A program made the translations under genes and the position numbers. From Azolla caroliniana (Eukaryota > Plantae > Polypodiophyta), in the NCBI GenBank assembly GCA_043228905.1, contig JBHGNT010000007.1:5890001-5954000 (forward strand): a stretch of DNA of 64,000 nucleotides, in the 5' to 3' direction. Each line of letters begins with the position of its first letter. Within the stretch, counting starts at the first letter, position 1. Below the pieces are notes generated by a model. The model was given only the letters and a program-made list of their open reading frames with translations. It ran no database searches and was not told the DNA's origin. Below are positions 63,701 through 64,000 of this stretch, piece after piece.

Positions 63701-64000
63701 AGATTGATAATGTCTTGTTTATACACTTAACAGTCAACAATATGATTGCTTAAAAATTTATCAAAAAGGTTGTTTGTTAGTACTTATCCAATATAACATC
63801 ATGAATACATAAGCGTTCACAATAGTGCAAGACCAAGAAAAAGGAGATAAAACAAAATTGAGTCAAGAGCTTTAGGCCAAATGGTTGTCCCAATGTGAAA
63901 GCAGACAACATTTTTGTAAGTGAGATGTAAAAGTTGCTTTTGTGACTATGTGGTTTTATTGTTGGATCTTTAATTTTCTCTCTCTCATTTAACCTAACCT

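Overview
AT-rich, intron-containing land-plant nuclear DNA; a seed-free plant such as a fern is my inference from the PLS-PPR style and Tcn1-like chromovirus, not something demonstrated. Six host genes are supported: a 3-exon alpha-expansin (-), an intronless PLS-class PPR ending in a truncated E domain (+), an EPF/EPFL cysteine-rich peptide gene (-), an uncharacterised 2-exon protein (+), a 4-exon EMB1273-like plastid membrane protein (-) and an ANTH/ENTH clathrin-assembly protein (-). Positions 32361-49125 are a three-level retrotransposon nest. Copia A contains Copia B (TSD CTTCG) and a solo LTR. Copia B contains a second solo LTR and a very young, intact Ty3/gypsy chromovirus (TSD CTGAG). 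The chromovirus is the most striking element. It has an 11-nt PBS complementary to its own predicted transcript 5' end (Tf1-type self-priming), a G-UUA-AAC slippery site plus pseudoknot for -1 frameshifting, and a tRNA-like Pol III A/B-box module inside each LTR. It also has an extra perfect 214-bp inverted copy of the U3 end lying inside the TSD, so the integrated DNA ends in U3 at both sides. The rest holds L1-like LINE fragments (one with a ~155-bp tandem array in its 3' UTR), hAT-like MITEs, tRNA-derived motifs, local duplications and microsatellites. All coordinates were read by eye; no database searches were run.
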